Source of the DNA: a virus
Lineage: Duplodnaviria; Caudoviricetes
DNA: 64,000 bases
IMG/VR virus record: IMGVR_UViG_3300035498_000956
Strand: one strand, 5' to 3'
Shown here: positions 40,401-51,492 of the stretch, in pieces
How the letters are laid out: every line of letters begins with the position of its first letter
How positions within the stretch are numbered: position 1 is the first letter of the stretch
Made by a program: the position numbers and the translations under genes
Notes under the pieces: model-generated
Databases searched by the model: none
Told to the model about the DNA's origin: nothing
What the model saw: only the letters and a program-made list of their open reading frames with translations

Positions 40401-40818
40401 TAATGCACAGTATTTAAGTTCTCAAGGAAAAAATCTTTCTGTAAAACATTACGCATCAGGTGGTATGGTAGACTTTACTGGTCCAGCTTGGGTAGATGGT
40501 ACAAAATCAGAACCAGAAGCATTCTTAGACCCAGAAGATACAAGTAACATCGCAGCATTAGCTCAAGCACTACGTTCAATGAATCTTTCAACTCCACTAG
40601 TTAACCAAACAGAATCTCCTATATCCAACATTTCCTCAACTCTCAATAACGTAACCAATAACTCCAACACATCATATACAGGAGGAACTGTTAGTATCAA
40701 TCTTAACATAGAATCAATTTCAAGTGATTACGATGTAGAATCAATGTTAGACTTAATGGAAGAACGTATTAACGAAGCATCTAATCCAATTGGATCTTCT
40801 GTTATCCTTCGTAAATAA
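34410..40818 (+). CDS. Tape measure protein, exon 4
   Basis: KTIIARF...AGSRQQSRF core, hydrophobic transmembrane block, long coiled coils, C-terminal YASGG...GPAWVDGT..PE motif. Confidence 0.9.
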
Positions 40819-40831
40819 AATATAACTTAAC

Positions 40832-40867
40832 TGAGTGAAGATTTATCTAAAATCTTCGCTCATTTTT
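40832..40867 (+). terminator. Intrinsic terminator after the TMP gene
   Basis: TGAGTGAAGATTT / AAATCTTCGCTCA followed by TTTTT. Confidence 0.75.
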
Positions 40868-40881
40868 GGAGGTGGAAATAA

Positions 40882-43197
40882 ATGGCAGATTTCATTCATT
40901 TTCGTTTTGGAAACTACCATTCAAAAGATTTAAACTTAATCGTAACAAGCTCAAGCAATTTCTATTCTCAAGATTTATTACCATCAAATACTGATACAAC
41001 AACTGATATTAGCGGCAGTAATGGTAAGTATTATTTTGGCTCTATTTTTAGTACAAGAGAATTTACTTTAAATCTTGCGTTTGATAGTATTACCGAAGAT
41101 AATTTACGATTAATCTCTCAAATTTTTGGAAATGATAAACCACAAGATTTAGTTTTTGATGAACGTCCTTATAAAACTTATAAAGCAAAAATTAAATCTA
41201 AACCAACTTTTAAATATGTTTGCTTTTTAAATCAAGATGGAGAAAGAGTCTATAAAGGTACTGGCACACTCAATATGATTTGCTATTCTCCATTTGCTTA
41301 TTGTTTTAATAAATACATAGTAAGATCAGCAGATTATTACATTCATACTCCGCCAGAAAAAGCAATTAAAGAATGGTACAATACTGAAATTAATATTCAA
41401 CCATGGTACGGCGGCTATCCAACATATGATCAAGTGAAAAAAGGAGAACTCTATTTCAATACTCCTTCTGGTACTAGATCAATTATTGACGTAAGACGTT
41501 ATTGGGATAACATACCAGAATGGGCGCACAGCAGTAGATTATTAACTACTCCTACTCTTGATTATGATCAGGAATTAATGTATGCTCCTCAATGTTCAAA
41601 GGTTGGATATTTAAATTTAGATAAAGGCTTTGATAAAACAATAGACACAAATTTATTAACCAATCGCCTTTTTGTATATAATCCTGGTGATTTACCTATT
41701 GATTTTGAATTAAATTTCAACAATCCTGGCCTATCTACATTTTTTCAAAAACATAAAGATGCAAATGGGCATAAACGTTTTAGAATTAGGCGTTTAAATG
41801 TTCAGCGTTTAGGTCTAGCAGATGCAGTTAATTGGTGTGGATTGACAACTCAAGATTTAAATGATAATGTGACTTATAAATATGATAATAAGTATTTTAA
41901 ACGTGTTGGAGATATAGATGGAAGCAGTATTGACAGATTGGTTAGTAATAATGAAATTAAATCTTTGTCTGTTGATGATTTACAAGATACAGTTGCGGAA
42001 ATGTTATCTGGACATGAATCTTTTGATGATTTAGGACCTTGTCATCCTAAACATTGTTATATGATTGAACCAATTCCAAGAGAAAAATTAGGAGATTATA
42101 TTAGAACTTTTTGTTATCAAACCGCAAAATCTAATACAGGTTTTACTAATCAATTAAATGAATTATCAGCCGCGGCGGATCGATATGAAGAATTGTATGA
42201 TTTGTGTATAACAGAACAAGAAAAATTTCAGTTATATTGGGAAACTTTAATTAATACCGTACTTAAATTCTATGGCAATACTAGCTTTTTTAAGAGTAGC
42301 ACTCAACAATCAATGTACACTAACTATACTATTGATAGTTTCATTAATGATTATCTATTTGATCCACCAGAATATTTAGTTGATTCAGAGGATGCTGCAT
42401 ATGGTCAATTTATTTTTAATTATAATAATCTTCCTCAATACTACACTGGAGATTATCTTGAAATTGATATAACCGATTTGTCAATAGATGAAGGAGGAAA
42501 TGCTTCAGACCTACCAGAGCAACTAATACTTGACACGGAAAACAGAATGTTGTATAATATAATAGAAGATAATACCAATACTTATTATGGTACAAAATCT
42601 AAAAACATTCTCAATGATTATATAACTAAAGGTCACTGGTTTCAACTACCTCCTGGCTGGAGCGTAATTGAAATTATTCCAGTATTAGATCAAGATATTA
42701 CAGATGATAAAACATGGAAAGCTGCACGAGAGTATTATTGGGGTTATAATAACAATAGTACAGAATATGATGCAGATCTTATGCGCGCGTACTATAATTG
42801 CGTATATGATTTAGCAAAAGATAATTTTCTTACTTATGCAAAATGGAATTTAGGATTAACATCTAATGATTATTCTAATCAAGAATTAATTCGTCACTGG
42901 TTAGCTGGATGGGAGGAATATAATGAAAAGAATGAAGATAATAAAAATTTTGTAGAATCATTATATACACAAAAGCTCCATAGTTTAGAAGTTCAATTCC
43001 TAAAAACGATTCAATCCTATTGGTCAATGTTAACTGGTCAATCAACAGGAAAAGGTGACAATAAACTTTCTGGTACAATCAGTGAATGGTTTCAATATGC
43101 AGAAAACTATATTTGGGAATTATTCCCACCTACATATTGGGGATATAATCAATTTTTAGACGGCGCAACAATTAAATATACACCATTATATTATTAA
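40882..43197 (+). CDS. Distal tail protein (Dit) with large insertions
   Basis: Follows TMP; N-terminal G.YYFG...REF...LVFDERPYKTY.AK...CYSPFA; NPGDLP; C-terminal YTPLYY. Confidence 0.7.
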   Translation: MADFIHFRFGNYHSKDLNLIVTSSSNFYSQDLLPSNTDTTTDISGSNGKYYFGSIFSTREFTLNLAFDSITEDNLRLISQIFGNDKPQDLVFDERPYKTYKAKIKSKPTFKYVCFLNQDGERVYKGTGTLNMICYSPFAYCFNKYIVRSADYYIHTPPEKAIKEWYNTEINIQPWYGGYPTYDQVKKGELYFNTPSGTRSIIDVRRYWDNIPEWAHSSRLLTTPTLDYDQELMYAPQCSKVGYLNLDKGFDKTIDTNLLTNRLFVYNPGDLPIDFELNFNNPGLSTFFQKHKDANGHKRFRIRRLNVQRLGLADAVNWCGLTTQDLNDNVTYKYDNKYFKRVGDIDGSSIDRLVSNNEIKSLSVDDLQDTVAEMLSGHESFDDLGPCHPKHCYMIEPIPREKLGDYIRTFCYQTAKSNTGFTNQLNELSAAADRYEELYDLCITEQEKFQLYWETLINTVLKFYGNTSFFKSSTQQSMYTNYTIDSFINDYLFDPPEYLVDSEDAAYGQFIFNYNNLPQYYTGDYLEIDITDLSIDEGGNASDLPEQLILDTENRMLYNIIEDNTNTYYGTKSKNILNDYITKGHWFQLPPGWSVIEIIPVLDQDITDDKTWKAAREYYWGYNNNSTEYDADLMRAYYNCVYDLAKDNFLTYAKWNLGLTSNDYSNQELIRHWLAGWEEYNEKNEDNKNFVESLYTQKLHSLEVQFLKTIQSYWSMLTGQSTGKGDNKLSGTISEWFQYAENYIWELFPPTYWGYNQFLDGATIKYTPLYY

Positions 43198-43208
43198 GAG
43201 GTGATAAA

Positions 43209-46200
43209 ATGTCAATTATTAAACCTACTTATGAACTTAGTGTTTGGGAAGAAGTTCTTAATTCAGATGGCACAAAAAGTGAAAAGAAACAAGCGATTAT
43301 AGGAGCAGATGATATGACTGCTCTTGGTCGCGCGACAAGTGTTCAGTTAAAAAGAGAATTAAAAGGACAAAATACTTTAACTTTTCAAATGCCATCAAAA
43401 TATTTTGATCCAGAATCTGGTGACTATGTTCGTAATGAATTAGCAGAATATTTGTGTAATGAAAAAAAGGTTAAATTATTATTTGAAGATGAATGGTATG
43501 AATTTTATGTAAAGAAAATTGACGAGAAAAAGCAATTTAAGAGTATTATGTATAGCTATACTTGTAATGATGCGTTTATTGAAGAATTATCAAGAAATGG
43601 TTATGGTATTACTTTTGATACTGATTTATATAATAATGTTGAAGAGCTGGGTGTATTTAGTGATACAATTTTAAATGATAATACAATTTGGGATTATGAC
43701 GCAAGTAAAAACTGGGGAGATTTTACAGAATATACTGAAGAAAAGTTGTATAAAATTGACGCAAGTTTACTTGATGGATTAGCGGTATATAAGATTGCTC
43801 TTGATATTCCTGAAAAAACACTTACAAACGATTTTACAGATTCAAGTGATTATACGCTTACTAATGTGTATACTGGTGAGACTCGTATTATTAATATGAG
43901 CGATGATAAAGCAAGAGAATTAAGGTATTTTTGGAATAATAAGAAAAAACCTGATAATAATGCTCCTACTACAGTTTATAGTAGAGGTTTTGATTTATTA
44001 CAATCACCTACTACTATTGGTACTGATGTTAAATATATATATTTCCCATATAGTCAATTGCAATATGTTTATAATGTTACGGATACAACTACTGATACAA
44101 AGTATAAAGCAACTGCTACAGCACAGTTATATCCAAATAGAACTGATAAACTAGCTTTAAGTGCTTATACAGATGATCCAGCACAATTAATCCAAATGTT
44201 AATTATTCCAGATGATGCTGAGGTATCTATTGATGAAGATGGTTTGTTAACAAATACAAATTTCCATTATGTTACAACAATTCAAGCATGGGAAAAATTC
44301 TTAAAAGAAGATAAAAATGTTACATTAGTAGAAGATCAAGATGGTAAATACTGGCCAACTGTTTATTCAGAAGGATATTTAGATAATTGGGGAGTTACAA
44401 CTGTTAATTTAGGAAAAAAAGTTTCTATTACTGATAGAACGGAAATTAATATTAGTGAAGATATTGATAGATATGTTACTGTGTATAATAATCCAGCAAA
44501 GGGTGATAATAATAGTTTTATTGAATTATGGACAGATGAAACTTTTTTAGAGCATCAAAGTGATGATACATTTAAGAATTTTTGGTTATGTTCTTATTCC
44601 ACATCACGTTCTATTGTTCCTCAATTAGCTAGAAATTATGTTCAAAATGGTACAAATATAACGGAATCAGATGGATGGGAATTTGCTAAAGTTGATGCAA
44701 ATCCATTGAAAACTTCACCTTCTTTGTCCGCGGGGACGGGAAATGAGGATCAAATTATTACTACTATTTCTGAGAGTGGATCTTCTGGAAAGTGGTATAT
44801 ATCTCGTTATAATTATAAAGAAGCATCCTATGAATATTATGATCAATCTATGACATCATTCCCGACTATTCCCACTTCAAATTTGTTTGATACTTGGGCA
44901 GATGCAAAAAGCAAAGCAGAAAGTGAAGGCTTGCAAGTTGGTGGTGGCACATCAGACTATTATGTTCAAATAGTACAATATACTACAACTGAATTAGCTG
45001 ATATAGAATCATCAACATCAACTGGTATTAGTGGTTTATTAGTAACTATCCCAGGCGCGGAAGATAATGAGGATGTAAATTATTGTTCTGTAGCTGAGCG
45101 TTCAGTGTTAAATTTTGGATTAGTTGGACAGGAAATGACAATTGAAGCAAATAAATTCTACGCATTTAAAATAGCTCTTGAGTTTTCAAAAAACTCATCG
45201 ACAATTGAAGATAAGGACGATACAAGTAATGCAACAATGGCTTTAGCTGCTAGTAGTCAAACTACTGTTATGTTATTAGGTAAAGCCACTTCTTCTATTA
45301 TTAAAAAATACGATCAGCTTATTAATGGCACTGATGAAAATAGTAAAATTAAACGATTAGCTAATTTGCTAAAAGAGATAGATGAATTAAATGCTAATGA
45401 TGAAATCAATCAAGCTATAAGTGACGAAATCTATCAAGCGATAAATGATGCTGCAACACTTATGCAGGATTTAAACAGTAATAATAGTTTAAATCAAGAC
45501 TCATATGGTAATGCAAAAGACAGTATTGTAAAACAAATTAATATTTTACAAAATTTATACAATACAAAAGCAACAAGTGAAGAAAGACAATATTTAAGAG
45601 AAGCTATTAATATTCTTTCTCAAGGACTAATTGATTTTACTCCATCTCTTGAATCAGACTCTTCTTCTGATACAACTGAAGAAACAGATACAACTGAAGA
45701 AGCTGATATTAACACAAGTGAAGAACAAACTGATATTGCTCTTACTCAGCAAATTATTATAAAGATCGGCAATGGTGCAATTAATCCTAATGGTTATTAT
45801 AGTTTAACTGGAGATATTTTTTATTCTAAAGATAGTGAAAATAAACTTATACCAACAACAGAACAAAGTCAAGTTATTAGTTTTTCTTACTACGATTATA
45901 CTCAAATGATTAAAGATGATAATTATTATTTATTAATTTCTCCAACAAATAGTTATGATACTCCATATATTCAAATTACTTTCCCTCAATGCCAAGAAAC
46001 AGTTACATATAAAATTACAGATATGGAATTTTTTGAAGCTTATACGAGAGGAGTAGATAGTAAAGAGTCAAGAGAAGAAGATCTAGAAGATTCCGATTTT
46101 ATTTATAAATATAGTGGAAGAGATTTTAATTATGATAAAAGTAAAGATCTTGATTATACAGGTTATTTTTCAAATGTTAATTGGGTAAAAATTGTTAATA

Positions 46201-49200
46201 AAAGAGATTTATTGCTTGAAACTGATGTTACTCTTGGTGATGTATTTGAATATGAACGATATTATTTGCAGGCATTAGAATACACTGATAAAGATACAAA
46301 AACATTAACTTATAAAGATACATTTAAACTTACTTCATTTGTTACTGAGGATACTACTACAGAATATCATGGATTGGATTCTAGTATATATACAGATGAT
46401 GACTATAAAGTTATTACCAATTATTTTGATTTAGGTAAATGTAAATATTATACTAGCGGATGGATGGACTGTTGTTATTCAGAAAGTGGTACAGATAATG
46501 TTCCTAATAGAGAATGTTTATTTCAAAAATATGGTTATTGTCCATATAGATTCCAAACTGAAAAACATCCTCGCCGCATAAGGACTTTAACAGGAGAAAA
46601 ATCAAATCGTTTTAATTTAATTCAAGAACTATCTAAAGTTTTTGAAATTTATCCAATGTTTTATATTAAACATAAAAACAATGGTAAAGTAGAAATGGAT
46701 GAAAACGGTAAAATGATTAAAAAAGTATTTTTCATAACTGAAAAAGGTATGGAAAATAAAATTGGATTTAGATATGAGAAAAACTTAAGTAATATCACTC
46801 GTACTATTGATTCAAGTTCTATTACAACTAAAATGTATGTTTCAGATGTAGATTCAAGTTTATCTGATACTGGTTTATGTACCATTAAATTAGCAGAAGA
46901 CAATCCATCTAAAGATTCTTTTTTAATTGATTATTCGTATTATATAGAAAAAGGGTTAATGAATAAAGACGTTACAGAAAAAGAATTGTATGGATCAAAT
47001 CCTGATCAAACCATAACAACAGAAAATGAATATCTTAATGCTGATGGATTTTTACCTAAATTAGGATATTTAAATGGACAATATGATACTTATTCCAATC
47101 TAATTATAAATATGCAAGACGAATCATATACTGAACTACAAGCTAACATTGAAACAAATTTTACAGCAATAGAAGAAGCTATTAAACTCTTAAATGATTA
47201 TCAAACTAAACTTAATAAATATAAAAATCCTAAGAAAGGAGTTAATGACCAAAGTGATAGTTTTAATAATACTTTAGAGCAATATAAAGAACAATATAAT
47301 ATATTAAGTGGTTTAATTGGAGAAACATTCGGAAAATCAGGAACGGAAATTGAAGGATCTGTACAATTAGATGGTATAGCTTTAAACGACAATAGCCAAA
47401 TGGTCATTACATTGCAAAGCATGGAATATTATGATCCTATTACTAATCAATTTAGAAGATATCATGTTAAAGACTTTTTAGAGCAAATTATTTGGCAAAA
47501 AACAGGTGATGATCAATATAATTCTGATTGGAAAACTTTTAAGGAAACTTATTTAGATATGTTTTTATATAATAAATATTATGGACTTTTTGGGCAATTT
47601 CAAGGTGAATATGAACAAATTCAAGAATGGAAAAAAATTCGTGCAAGTTATTTAAAACAAATCAATAGTTTAACTGCAGAATATTATAAAAAATATGAAC
47701 CATTCTTAAAAGAAGGTACTTGGTCTGATAGTAATTATTTAAGTGATAATACGTATTATTGGGGCGCGAAAGCGGTTCTTACAGATAGTTGTAAACCAAA
47801 TGTAAAATATACAATTTCAGTAATTGATTTACATAATTTACCAGAATATCAAGAGTTATATACCTTTAATTTAGCTGATACAACATATGTTGAAGATATT
47901 GAAATGTTTGGTGCAGATGCCTTCACGGGATTACCAAATAGAATTAAGGTACTAATTTCTTCAATCACGTATAATCTTGATAATCCATCTAAAAACTCAA
48001 TAGGAGTGCAGAATTATACTACTGCTTTTGAAGATTTAATGAGTTCTGTGTCAGCAACTGTTCAGTCTTTAAGCTTTAATGAGAATACTTATAAGCGCGC
48101 GAGTAACTTTACTGCAACACAAGAGGTTCAAGGCGATAGTTTGCAAGGCGCTCTTGATAATAATACACTTACTTTAGTTAATACTGATGAGGACAATATT
48201 ACTATTGATGAACAAGGTCAATCTGGTAGTGATATTAATAATCATGCTTATCAATATAAATTAACTGGAGAAGGACTATTCTTCTCTAAAAATGGTGGGC
48301 AATCTTGGGATACTGGTGTTACTCCTAATGGAATTAATGCAAGTTATATTAAAGTTGGAGATCTAGATGCTAGTAAAATTTCTATTATTGATGGAAATTA
48401 TTTATATTTTATGTGGGATAAGACTGGTATTACAGCTTATAGAGATCCTAAAACGACTGGTCAAGAATCAACCTTATTTGGAGATTATGCAAGATTTAAT
48501 AAAATGGGTTTATCTATTGTTGAAGATCATAAAATAAAATTAAGAGCTGGATATAATTATGAAAAGAGTAATAATAGTGATTATAATGATGGCGATATTA
48601 GAGGCGAATTGGATATTTCATCACAAGAACAAAGGCAAGATACAGATGGCAATTTGTATGTAAAAAACACTCAAAGGAATATTGGTTTTTATTTATATGA
48701 TAATAAAGGCAATGTAATATTTAAATCAGAAAATTCTGAAGATGGTGCAGCCCAAATTTCTTTATTGGGAGAATTACAAGTTAGTGATACAACATTATCT
48801 GAAACAAAAGATGTAATGATTTATAACTATTCAGACGGAATTGAAGCGACATATCACGCAGCACAAAGCTCTGATGAGCAAAAATTATTAAAAGATAATA
48901 TTTCAGGGATTTTTACAAATAACGGCTTTTATACATCACTAGAAGCAGTTGGAAAAAATATTAAAATTACAATAGATAATAGTACTTATTATACAAATTT
49001 TACTAATCCAGATACAAAGTCATCAACTAAAATATCTGAAAGAGTAATTAAATGTAGTAATGGAACAATGCAAATTTGTAAAAAACGTTATTTATTTCAA
49101 AAATACACAAAAATTGAAAAAACTACGACTAATTCTACAACTGATTCTTCAATAGAAACAATAACAGAAGAAAATTACCATATCGAATTATGGGTTTATT

Positions 49201-50102
49201 CCATTGTAGATGCAAATAAGACAACCGACTATTATCGATATAATGATCCATCTTCAATTAATGATGATACTTTTATTACAACAACTAAAGCTACAACTAT
49301 ACCAGCGTATTATAAAATAACAGGCACTCCAATTGAAGATGTAACAAACTTAGATTCTAGTTATAAATCTACGTCAATTTATCTTTTAGATAAGGATAAA
49401 ACTGAAATAACACAAGCAACGTCTCAGACAGTTTATTTTTCATCTGATAATTCAGTTGACAAACCAATTGATGGACAGCCATATATTTTTTATCTTACAG
49501 ATAGTAGCTTCGCAAAAACTGAAGATAACAAAAAAGTTACAGAAACAATAACATACACAGATGGTGCACAATTATTATTAAACAATATGAATGTAAATAG
49601 TGGAACAGCACGTGATTTAAATGAAAGGCTATTTTCAGCGTTCTCAACTTCTGCAACTGAAGGTGGAAAAAATATTTTAACTATATTAAAAAATGGTAAT
49701 TTATATATAGGAGGAGTATTTAATAGCGACAATTTTAATGGACAGACATTGACAAATACACTTACTATTACTGATGCTCCATTAGAATATGATAGCAGTA
49801 ATAAAGTATTAAAAATGGAATTTAATACAATACAGGACAGTAATGGCCGTAAATTAGGTGATTTTATTCAAGACTCAATCTATGATATGAAAGGCCAAAT
49901 TACTGACTGGATAAATGAGCAAATTATAGCAATAAATAGCAACATATCAAGTGCACAACAAACAGCCAGCGCAGCTTCTGAAGATATAACTACTATTTTA
50001 AATGACATAAGTAGTTTTAAAACCACATATAATAAGCATACTCATACTATACAAGTAGAAGAAGAATCGAAGGAGACGGAGAAACCTGCTCAACAAATGT
50101 AG
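43209..50102 (+). CDS. Tal/baseplate hub-tail spike protein
   Basis: Follows Dit; LTFQM, SNRFNLIQELSKVFE, NITRTIDS...TKMYV, and GINASYIKVG.LDAS.I spike motifs; 2297 aa. Confidence 0.75.
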   Translation: MSIIKPTYELSVWEEVLNSDGTKSEKKQAIIGADDMTALGRATSVQLKRELKGQNTLTFQMPSKYFDPESGDYVRNELAEYLCNEKKVKLLFEDEWYEFYVKKIDEKKQFKSIMYSYTCNDAFIEELSRNGYGITFDTDLYNNVEELGVFSDTILNDNTIWDYDASKNWGDFTEYTEEKLYKIDASLLDGLAVYKIALDIPEKTLTNDFTDSSDYTLTNVYTGETRIINMSDDKARELRYFWNNKKKPDNNAPTTVYSRGFDLLQSPTTIGTDVKYIYFPYSQLQYVYNVTDTTTDTKYKATATAQLYPNRTDKLALSAYTDDPAQLIQMLIIPDDAEVSIDEDGLLTNTNFHYVTTIQAWEKFLKEDKNVTLVEDQDGKYWPTVYSEGYLDNWGVTTVNLGKKVSITDRTEINISEDIDRYVTVYNNPAKGDNNSFIELWTDETFLEHQSDDTFKNFWLCSYSTSRSIVPQLARNYVQNGTNITESDGWEFAKVDANPLKTSPSLSAGTGNEDQIITTISESGSSGKWYISRYNYKEASYEYYDQSMTSFPTIPTSNLFDTWADAKSKAESEGLQVGGGTSDYYVQIVQYTTTELADIESSTSTGISGLLVTIPGAEDNEDVNYCSVAERSVLNFGLVGQEMTIEANKFYAFKIALEFSKNSSTIEDKDDTSNATMALAASSQTTVMLLGKATSSIIKKYDQLINGTDENSKIKRLANLLKEIDELNANDEINQAISDEIYQAINDAATLMQDLNSNNSLNQDSYGNAKDSIVKQINILQNLYNTKATSEERQYLREAINILSQGLIDFTPSLESDSSSDTTEETDTTEEADINTSEEQTDIALTQQIIIKIGNGAINPNGYYSLTGDIFYSKDSENKLIPTTEQSQVISFSYYDYTQMIKDDNYYLLISPTNSYDTPYIQITFPQCQETVTYKITDMEFFEAYTRGVDSKESREEDLEDSDFIYKYSGRDFNYDKSKDLDYTGYFSNVNWVKIVNKRDLLLETDVTLGDVFEYERYYLQALEYTDKDTKTLTYKDTFKLTSFVTEDTTTEYHGLDSSIYTDDDYKVITNYFDLGKCKYYTSGWMDCCYSESGTDNVPNRECLFQKYGYCPYRFQTEKHPRRIRTLTGEKSNRFNLIQELSKVFEIYPMFYIKHKNNGKVEMDENGKMIKKVFFITEKGMENKIGFRYEKNLSNITRTIDSSSITTKMYVSDVDSSLSDTGLCTIKLAEDNPSKDSFLIDYSYYIEKGLMNKDVTEKELYGSNPDQTITTENEYLNADGFLPKLGYLNGQYDTYSNLIINMQDESYTELQANIETNFTAIEEAIKLLNDYQTKLNKYKNPKKGVNDQSDSFNNTLEQYKEQYNILSGLIGETFGKSGTEIEGSVQLDGIALNDNSQMVITLQSMEYYDPITNQFRRYHVKDFLEQIIWQKTGDDQYNSDWKTFKETYLDMFLYNKYYGLFGQFQGEYEQIQEWKKIRASYLKQINSLTAEYYKKYEPFLKEGTWSDSNYLSDNTYYWGAKAVLTDSCKPNVKYTISVIDLHNLPEYQELYTFNLADTTYVEDIEMFGADAFTGLPNRIKVLISSITYNLDNPSKNSIGVQNYTTAFEDLMSSVSATVQSLSFNENTYKRASNFTATQEVQGDSLQGALDNNTLTLVNTDEDNITIDEQGQSGSDINNHAYQYKLTGEGLFFSKNGGQSWDTGVTPNGINASYIKVGDLDASKISIIDGNYLYFMWDKTGITAYRDPKTTGQESTLFGDYARFNKMGLSIVEDHKIKLRAGYNYEKSNNSDYNDGDIRGELDISSQEQRQDTDGNLYVKNTQRNIGFYLYDNKGNVIFKSENSEDGAAQISLLGELQVSDTTLSETKDVMIYNYSDGIEATYHAAQSSDEQKLLKDNISGIFTNNGFYTSLEAVGKNIKITIDNSTYYTNFTNPDTKSSTKISERVIKCSNGTMQICKKRYLFQKYTKIEKTTTNSTTDSSIETITEENYHIELWVYSIVDANKTTDYYRYNDPSSINDDTFITTTKATTIPAYYKITGTPIEDVTNLDSSYKSTSIYLLDKDKTEITQATSQTVYFSSDNSVDKPIDGQPYIFYLTDSSFAKTEDNKKVTETITYTDGAQLLLNNMNVNSGTARDLNERLFSAFSTSATEGGKNILTILKNGNLYIGGVFNSDNFNGQTLTNTLTITDAPLEYDSSNKVLKMEFNTIQDSNGRKLGDFIQDSIYDMKGQITDWINEQIIAINSNISSAQQTASAASEDITTILNDISSFKTTYNKHTHTIQVEEESKETEKPAQQM

Positions 50103-50128
50103 ATATAGTAACTAGGAGGAGAAATTAG

Positions 50129-50485
50129 ATGTTAATAAATCGTAATATAATAATTCAATTACAGCCGATTTTTAATAAAATAAAACAAAATACAAATATT
50201 GGAATTTATACTCAATATAATTTTCTTAAATTAAAGAAAATCTATGAAGATGAATTATCTATTTTTAATGAACAAAAAGAAAGATTTATGAATTATTGTG
50301 AACCAACTTCAAATCCAAATGAATTTAAGATAAAAGATGAATATCTAGAACAATGTACTAAAGAATTGAATCAACTTAATTCAATATCTATTCAAATTCC
50401 AGATATCTATTTTTCTCTTGATGAATTGGAATCATTAAATCTTACATTTGAAGAATTAGAGCTATTAATGCCATTTATTAAATAA
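50129..50485 (+). CDS. Small tail-associated hypothetical protein
   Basis: GGAGG RBS; last gene of the tail operon; ends LMPFI. Confidence 0.6.
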   Translation: MLINRNIIIQLQPIFNKIKQNTNIGIYTQYNFLKLKKIYEDELSIFNEQKERFMNYCEPTSNPNEFKIKDEYLEQCTKELNQLNSISIQIPDIYFSLDELESLNLTFEELELLMPFIK

Positions 50486-50492
50486 TCATTTT

Positions 50493-50655
50493 GGAGTTTT
50501 TGTGCAAGTTGCACAAAAACTCCTTTTTGATTTTATTCACTAAAAATCTTTTTGTGCAAATTGCACAAAAATTTCTATGTTTCAATCATATCCATCCTTT
50601 AAAATTTCTCTTTACTCCATTACCTCTATTAAAATTTTTGTGCAACTTGCACAAA
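50493..50655. promoter_or_regulatory. Three palindromic TTTGTGCAA-N-TTGCACAAA boxes; the first doubles as a terminator hairpin
   Basis: Copies at 50493-50523 (extended, followed by TTTTT), 50549-50571 and 50637-50655. Confidence 0.7.
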
Positions 50656-50767
50656 TCCAAAAATCCCTATTCCTAATTTTTGTATAAAATTAACAAACTT
50701 TTTTTCCAAAAGGAAAATCTCAAAACTTTTTTCTCAGTTCCTACTTATAATATAGAACGATAGAGAG

Positions 50768-51253
50768 GTGAGAAAAATGGCATATAATTATCCAAATAAT
50801 AGTCAAAACTATTATAACCAACCAAATATGCAACAAATGCAATTTCAACAACAACAAAACGTTCAACCTTTATTTCCACAACCACAAGGTAACGTTTATT
50901 ATATAAATTCAACGCTTGAAGTTGCAAATGTTCCTACTAGCGCTGGTGTTTCAGTAGCATTGTGTATGCAAGAGGGTTTTATGTATATAAAAACAATGCA
51001 AAATGGAAATCCAATGTTTTGGGCTTATAAAATAACTCCATATGAAAATACTAATCAAAAGGAAGTAACCAAAACTCCAGAAACACCACAAATTAATTTT
51101 AATGAACAATTTGAACAATATAACAATCGTTTCTTAAAATTAGAAGAGCAAGTAAATGGTATACAGGCGGTCATAAATCAAAATAATCAAGCCGCACCAG
51201 TACAACAAACTAATGCAACCCCTAATAGCAAGGGAGGAGATTGGCAATTATGA
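50768..51253 (+). CDS. Gln/Asn-rich hypothetical protein
   Basis: Low-complexity Q/N/P N-terminus; the true start may be the second Met (MAYNY, 50777). Confidence 0.7.
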   Translation: MRKMAYNYPNNSQNYYNQPNMQQMQFQQQQNVQPLFPQPQGNVYYINSTLEVANVPTSAGVSVALCMQEGFMYIKTMQNGNPMFWAYKITPYENTNQKEVTKTPETPQINFNEQFEQYNNRFLKLEEQVNGIQAVINQNNQAAPVQQTNATPNSKGGDWQL

Positions 51254-51492
51254 TAAATTTTAATATGAATCCTATGGAATTAGTTGGCCTATTAAAAGGC
51301 AGAAATCCACAGGAATTAGTAATGTCAATGATTAAAAACAATAACATTAATGATCCAATGATTAATGAATTAATTGGATATGCCGAATCAGGCGATATGA
51401 CAAGCTTAACTAAAGTTGCTGAAGACGTATTTGCAAAACAAGGAAAAAACTTTGATACTGAATTTAATAATTTTATGTCCTTATTGCAATAA
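51241..51492 (+). CDS. Small Met/Asn-rich hypothetical protein
   Basis: GGAGGAG RBS; NPM...NPQ...DPM helical pattern. Confidence 0.65.
   Translation: MAIMINFNMNPMELVGLLKGRNPQELVMSMIKNNNINDPMINELIGYAESGDMTSLTKVAEDVFAKQGKNFDTEFNNFMSLLQ

Noticed and set aside
50491-50676. 61-aa ORF with repeated FLCKLHK
   Set aside because: It is simply the translation of the palindromic boxes and has no RBS.
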